Shown in pieces: positions 59,313-64,000 of a stretch of 64,000 nucleotides of DNA. The notes under the pieces are model-generated. The model was given only the letters and a program-made list of their open reading frames with translations, ran no database searches and was not told where the DNA came from. Each line of letters begins with the position of its first letter. Position 1 is the stretch's first letter. A program made the translations under genes and the position numbers. This DNA comes from Spirochaetia bacterium (GTDB lineage Bacteria > Spirochaetota > Spirochaetia > CADAEX01), in contig OY759746.1 in NCBI GenBank assembly GCA_963662795.1, positions 736,001 through 800,000 on the forward strand, read 5' to 3'.

Positions 59313-60266
59313 ATGTCAGAAAAACCTAATCTGCTCGAAGTGGAGTTTACGGAAGAAATTGTCGCAGATCTTTTACCGGAATGGAAAGGGAGCGATATTG
59401 ATGTATCGGTTTTGAGCGGAGGAATTACCAACAAGCTTTACAGGGCCAGATGCAGCAAGGGTGATGTCGCCATAAGAATTTACGGTGATAAAACAGAAAT
59501 GTTTATCAACAGGGACAGGGAGGCTCATGCGCTTCAGCAGATGGCGGATGCCGGAATTACTTCCAAACTTATCAAATATCTGCCGGACAGAAATGTAACA
59601 ATTGTAGAATTTATAACCGGCAGTTATACAATGAAGAACAGCGACTTTTTGAAAGATGAACTTCGGGAAACAATAATGGATCCGGTTAGACGTATCCACT
59701 CAAGCGGAGCAGTGCTGGACTACATTTTCAACCCGTATGAACAATGTATTAAAATGAACAATATTTTAAAGAAACTCAACGTTACTTTCCCCGAATATGA
59801 TATTGAAGGGACCCTCGCAAAGCTAAAAATACTCAATGAGAAAATAAATATACCAATCAGGGATTATGTAATAACGCATAACGATCTTCTGGCGGATAAT
59901 TTTATCCTTGTTACAGATGAGTATAAAGACAGGTTTGAGCAGCCTATTTATATTATAGACTGGGAATATGGAGGAATGGGGCCGAAATACTATGATTTAG
60001 CTGATATGTTCCAGGAGATTCTTGTACCGCGTGATGCCGAGCTTAAAATTGTTGAAAGCTACTGTGAAGGAAAGGATTTCGAAAAAGTGCTTTATTACAT
60101 TGACATGTTCAAACCTTTCCCCGATATTTACTGGTTTCTCTGGAGCCTTATCCAGAAAACTGTTTCAACTATTGAATTTGATTTTTATACTTACGGCAGG
60201 ATTAAATATGATAACGCCCAAAACAATATTAAATACCTGCAGAAGGAATACGGAGTAAAAATCTAA
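59313..60266 (+). CDS. choline/ethanolamine kinase family protein, copy 2
   Basis: Same length (317 aa) and motifs as copy 1. Confidence 0.9.
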   Translation: MSEKPNLLEVEFTEEIVADLLPEWKGSDIDVSVLSGGITNKLYRARCSKGDVAIRIYGDKTEMFINRDREAHALQQMADAGITSKLIKYLPDRNVTIVEFITGSYTMKNSDFLKDELRETIMDPVRRIHSSGAVLDYIFNPYEQCIKMNNILKKLNVTFPEYDIEGTLAKLKILNEKINIPIRDYVITHNDLLADNFILVTDEYKDRFEQPIYIIDWEYGGMGPKYYDLADMFQEILVPRDAELKIVESYCEGKDFEKVLYYIDMFKPFPDIYWFLWSLIQKTVSTIEFDFYTYGRIKYDNAQNNIKYLQKEYGVKI

Positions 60267-60292
60267 AATCTTTTAATCTGCCTGCAGAATCG

Positions 60293-60333
60293 AAAGAACC
60301 GGTACCTGTCAGACAGAAAATACCGGTTCTTTT
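60293..60333. terminator. probable bidirectional terminator
   Basis: AAAGAACCGGTA...TACCGGTTCTTT between convergent genes. Confidence 0.7.
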
Positions 60334-60379
60334 AATCAGGTGAAAGTACTATTGTATTAACTGTTCATCGGACGGTTAA

Positions 60380-61372
60380 TTACTCTGAAGTTAAAATCCT
60401 GAAAAGTTTTTCAGGCGTATCAGCAATAAAATCAGCGCCGGCCGCCCTCAGCCTCATCTCTGACCCCTTTGCGCCGCCTGAGGAGTCTCCGGTGACCCCT
60501 GGAGCCGAATAAGTGACACCCACGGCTGTAAATGGAAAAGAGGCTTTTTTAGCGGCAATCATGTCATCAGGCATGTCTCCAACATAGTAAAAACTGTCAA
60601 CAGAGCTGTCATCCGCCGTAATCTGCCTTGCAGCAGCATCAAGCATGAACGGCTCAGGTTTACTGAATGAAACCCTCCTGCCGCTTTTTTTCATCTCTTC
60701 AGCTTCAGCGGCAAGGCAATCATCCAGGGTTATAATTTTACTGAAAATATTTATGTTGTGCTTCCCGACCGGATACACAGCCTCAGCTGCAGGCCTGCCT
60801 GTCGCAATTGCAAGAATACTCCTTTCAGCAAGCTCAGAGAGCTTATTCCTTTCAACCAGCAGTTTTTCCCTCAGGATGAACCCATCTTCTTTATAATGCA
60901 TGGAAGAAAAGCCGTATGTTGATTTAAAGAGAACAGGGCCCAGATACACTTCCTGAAATATCTGTTTTATGATGTTGCCTGATCCGACATCACCTTTATA
61001 ATAAAAATCTGCAGCGTCTGAACGAAAGGACGGTACATCCCCAAGAAGTTTTTCAAGAGGGTGTGCCTCTGTCTCCAGAAAGGAAACAAGCGGTGAAATA
61101 TCCCAGCGCTCCCTGTCAAAATCATTTCCAGCTGACGGCACCTTTGACATAAGCAGGGTAAGTACACGGTGGGTCAGGTCCCAGTCGTTATTTAGTCCTC
61201 CGCTCTGTTTTACAACTGCAAGATCTGTAAGATCAAACAGGGGGTGTTTCAGTTTCTCAGCCCCATGGCAGGGGCTGAGAAATATTGAAGCAGTTTCACG
61301 CACTGTATCCCTGTAGGAATTTGATACATCAATAAGTACTCCGTCCATATCAAACACAATCAGTTTTTTCAT
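60380..61372 (-). CDS. HAD-superfamily hydrolase
   Basis: FDMDGVL, NNDWD, ATGRP, KPEP, VGDMPDD. Confidence 0.9.
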   Translation of the reverse strand: MKKLIVFDMDGVLIDVSNSYRDTVRETASIFLSPCHGAEKLKHPLFDLTDLAVVKQSGGLNNDWDLTHRVLTLLMSKVPSAGNDFDRERWDISPLVSFLETEAHPLEKLLGDVPSFRSDAADFYYKGDVGSGNIIKQIFQEVYLGPVLFKSTYGFSSMHYKEDGFILREKLLVERNKLSELAERSILAIATGRPAAEAVYPVGKHNINIFSKIITLDDCLAAEAEEMKKSGRRVSFSKPEPFMLDAAARQITADDSSVDSFYYVGDMPDDMIAAKKASFPFTAVGVTYSAPGVTGDSSGGAKGSEMRLRAAGADFIADTPEKLFRILTSE

Positions 61373-62061
61373 CTTATCAGCCTGCTGTTATTCAATAATT
61401 CCGGAAGCTCCGGAACTGATTTTATGTAGTTATATTTTTTACCGGTAAATCTTTTCCTCATCTTCCCGTCCGGGTCAATTAATACAGGAAAAGAGCACCA
61501 GTCGAGGAGCGGCAAATCTGTATATCCGTCACCGATAACTATTGTTTTAACAGGATCATATCCGAGAGCATTTGCGTGGGTAATTTTATCCTCACCCTTT
61601 CTTACATGATAGTCCATCCCTGAAATTCTGTTTCCCCTGTAGGTAAAATAATTTGATACAATTTTTGAAAAAAACCCGTCCGCTTTTCTCTTTTCAAGCG
61701 GCGGGTGGCATAAATCCCAGGTGCCGCAGCTGATTATGGACATCGGGAATCCTTTTTTATAAAGATCCGAGAATACATCTATATGGCTGTCAGGTATCTG
61801 AGAGGCAATTGAGGTGGTAACTTTTTCAATAACGAATTTTTCAGTATCCTTTACGATCCAGTTGAAATATTTTTTGAAGGAATGCCCAAGCAGCTGTTTT
61901 TGATCAGCATAAATAGCTGCCCTGCTGATAACTCTCTTTAAAAAAGGAAGTGAGTCTTTTTCAATGTTAATCAGATAATCAAGAAAAAACTGTTCGCTGT
62001 CATACGGCATAAAAGGTAAGATTGTACCGTCGTAATCCCATATTATATTCCATTTATTCAA
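61369..62061 (-). CDS. HAD-IB family phosphatase
   Basis: WDYDGT, IISCG, K, IGDGYTDLP. Confidence 0.85.
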   Translation of the reverse strand: MNKWNIIWDYDGTILPFMPYDSEQFFLDYLINIEKDSLPFLKRVISRAAIYADQKQLLGHSFKKYFNWIVKDTEKFVIEKVTTSIASQIPDSHIDVFSDLYKKGFPMSIISCGTWDLCHPPLEKRKADGFFSKIVSNYFTYRGNRISGMDYHVRKGEDKITHANALGYDPVKTIVIGDGYTDLPLLDWCSFPVLIDPDGKMRKRFTGKKYNYIKSVPELPELLNNSRLIR

Positions 62062-63296
62062 TTATTTTTTTTCAACCTGTCCATCATTATGTTGTATATA
62101 TCATCAGTTTCAAGCCTGACAGGCGAGTTTTTTCCATCTGATGCGGCGGCTGTTTTTCTTGTCAGCTTCTCGTCAAATCCGTATTTCTCAAGATACGGCA
62201 TGCTGAATTTCAATGTCCATTCACCCAGGCGCTCAATAAGCGCATCACAGGCTTCCTTTACAGATTTATATTCCCTTCCTGTAAGCAGAACTGAAGCTGA
62301 TGCGTATTTCTGCAGGGCATTTCCGGACAGCGATATCTCAAACAGCCTGTTAATTATATATTTTGTCGCAGGCAATAGCAATGTGCCGCAAACTGTGCCA
62401 TGAGGAATAGCTGAAAACCCGCCGGCAGGGGATGCTATTCCATGCACAACTCCAAGACCTGCAGCAGTAAGGGTAATACCTGAAACATAGGCAGCCCAGG
62501 CCATTGCAGTCCTTCCGTCAATATCACTTCCGTTAAATACTGCCTTTTCAATGTTCATCCCTGCAGCTTTAAGGGCGGCAGATGCAAGCGAATCTGTATA
62601 TACAGAAGCTTTTGTTGAGACATAAGATTCAAGAAGCTGGGTCACAGCGTCCATACCGGAGTAAGCTGTAATATCAGGCGGGCAGGAAATCATAAGCTCA
62701 GGGTCAATTACAGCATAATCAGGCACCATGGATTCATGTCTTAACGATTTTTTAAATCCTGTCTCCCCCACGCTGCTGATAACAGAGTTTTTTGTCGCCT
62801 CTGAGCCCGTACCTGAAGTTGTAGGTACTGCAATAAATGGCAGTTTGGGGCCCTTCAGGTGCAGGGTACCTACCCCTTCAAGGTAATCCCGGACACTTCC
62901 GCTGTGTAAAGCCATAACAGATGCCGCCTTACCTGCGTCAATTACACTCCCACCCCCTATTGCAGCGATGAAAGAGACATTGCTGCTTTTCATCTCCTCC
63001 ACTGCATCATCAACCATCGAAGGAGCCGGTTCTCCGGGTATGGCAAAAAAAACAACTTTTCTGCCGCTTCCGGCAAGCATTCTGTATATTTTATCGCGGA
63101 ATCCTGTTTTTTGAAGAAAGGAAGAGCCTGTAAAGACAGCAGCTGGTCCATTACTCAGCGATGAGACTATTTTTTCAAGAGAAGAGATACTTCCCCTGCC
63201 GAAAAAAAGATGCGGTGTGCGGGAAGCCTGAAAATTATCATCGAATTTCACTTCTGCATTACCAGATGCAGCGTATCTTTTGTTATTATCGCGCAT
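62058..63296 (-). CDS. iron-containing alcohol dehydrogenase
   Basis: GGGSVIDAGK, PTTSGTGSE, GMDAVTQ, GVVHG, PHG. Confidence 0.93.
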   Translation of the reverse strand: MRDNNKRYAASGNAEVKFDDNFQASRTPHLFFGRGSISSLEKIVSSLSNGPAAVFTGSSFLQKTGFRDKIYRMLAGSGRKVVFFAIPGEPAPSMVDDAVEEMKSSNVSFIAAIGGGSVIDAGKAASVMALHSGSVRDYLEGVGTLHLKGPKLPFIAVPTTSGTGSEATKNSVISSVGETGFKKSLRHESMVPDYAVIDPELMISCPPDITAYSGMDAVTQLLESYVSTKASVYTDSLASAALKAAGMNIEKAVFNGSDIDGRTAMAWAAYVSGITLTAAGLGVVHGIASPAGGFSAIPHGTVCGTLLLPATKYIINRLFEISLSGNALQKYASASVLLTGREYKSVKEACDALIERLGEWTLKFSMPYLEKYGFDEKLTRKTAAASDGKNSPVRLETDDIYNIMMDRLKKNN

Positions 63297-63325
63297 AACA
63301 GTATGATCCCCTGTCAGACAGCCTC

Positions 63326-63904
63326 TTAAAGATTGCCTTTAAGGCCTATTTCCTGTGCTGCTTTCCTCATCCCTTCAATTGTCTGTGTAATAATCTCCTG
63401 CAGTTCCATTCCAAGCATCTGCGCCCCGTTTTCAATTACAGACCGGTCAACACCGGCTGCGAATCTTTTGTCTTTCCATTTTTTCATTACAGATTTTGCT
63501 GCAGTATCAAGAACGCTTTTAGAGGGTCTTACCATTGCGGTAGTCGCTACAAGCCCGGTCAGTTCGTCTATGGTATATAATATTTTCTCCATTCTGCTTT
63601 CAGGTTTTACATCTGAACAGATTCCCCAGCCGTGGCTTACAACAGCCCTTATATAATCCTCCGGCCACAGCTCTTCTTCAAGTATTTCTTTTGTTTTAGT
63701 GCAGTGCTGGTCAGGATATTTTTCATAATCAAGATCATGGATAAGCCCGATAATCCCCCATTTCTCCACATCTTCGTTTTCAAGTGCGGCAAAATGTCTC
63801 ATCACAGATTCAACAGCAAAAGCGTGTTTTATAAGACTGTCGCTTTGATTATATTTTTTAAGCAGATTCAAAGCTGCTTCCCTGTCTGGTATATTCCGGT
63901 TCAT
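63326..63904 (-). CDS. HDIG-domain metal-dependent hydrolase
   Basis: KHAFAVE, GLIHDLDYE, DELTG, RPSK; RBS GGAGG before ATG 63904. Confidence 0.9.
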   Translation of the reverse strand: MNRNIPDREAALNLLKKYNQSDSLIKHAFAVESVMRHFAALENEDVEKWGIIGLIHDLDYEKYPDQHCTKTKEILEEELWPEDYIRAVVSHGWGICSDVKPESRMEKILYTIDELTGLVATTAMVRPSKSVLDTAAKSVMKKWKDKRFAAGVDRSVIENGAQMLGMELQEIITQTIEGMRKAAQEIGLKGNL

Positions 63905-64000
63905 CTTTCCTCCCGTTACTTTGTAAATAATTTTATAAATATTTTTAAAAATCCGCCTTTTCGGAAAAAAACAACATACCCGCAATCATCAGGCAGATAG

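Noticed and set aside
56468-60266. Aminoglycoside phosphotransferase resistance genes
   Set aside because: Motifs (GGITN, HNDLL..N, IDWEY) and permease pairing fit choline/ethanolamine kinases
1-64000. CRISPR array, cas genes, rRNA or tRNA
   Set aside because: No repeat-spacer periodicity or recognisable RNA gene was seen by eye; the only tandem repeats are short and spacerless

Overview
Chromosomal window from a low-GC bacterium, most likely a spirochaete (fliS-hyp-polA-coaE-SPOR gene order; lipoprotein-type solute-binding proteins). The first ~27.5 kb is mostly housekeeping and transport: ogt, the polA operon, an amino-acid ABC transporter, Ktr/Trk K+ uptake, a TetR-TolC-HlyD-ABC efflux operon, and an unusual cNMP-GGDEF(dead) / cNMP-GGDEF-DHH gene pair. 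27.6-41.8 kb is a decayed island bounded by two inverted IS4-family copies with a nested IS256 remnant. It carries a YesM/N-like two-component system, a long structured leader, a TAXI-TRAP transporter, an internally deleted serA, serC and an orphan solute-binding protein. 42.5-60.3 kb is a block of catabolic modules: TRAP + GntR + opine dehydrogenase + racemase-like protein; a TRAP whose binding protein lacks the carboxylate-binding Arg and resembles ethanolamine binders; a DerI-like RpiB with a split transketolase; and a tandem duplication of an APC permease + choline/ethanolamine kinase unit. No CRISPR array, rRNA or tRNA was seen. All calls come from motif reading and recalled family knowledge; no searches were run.
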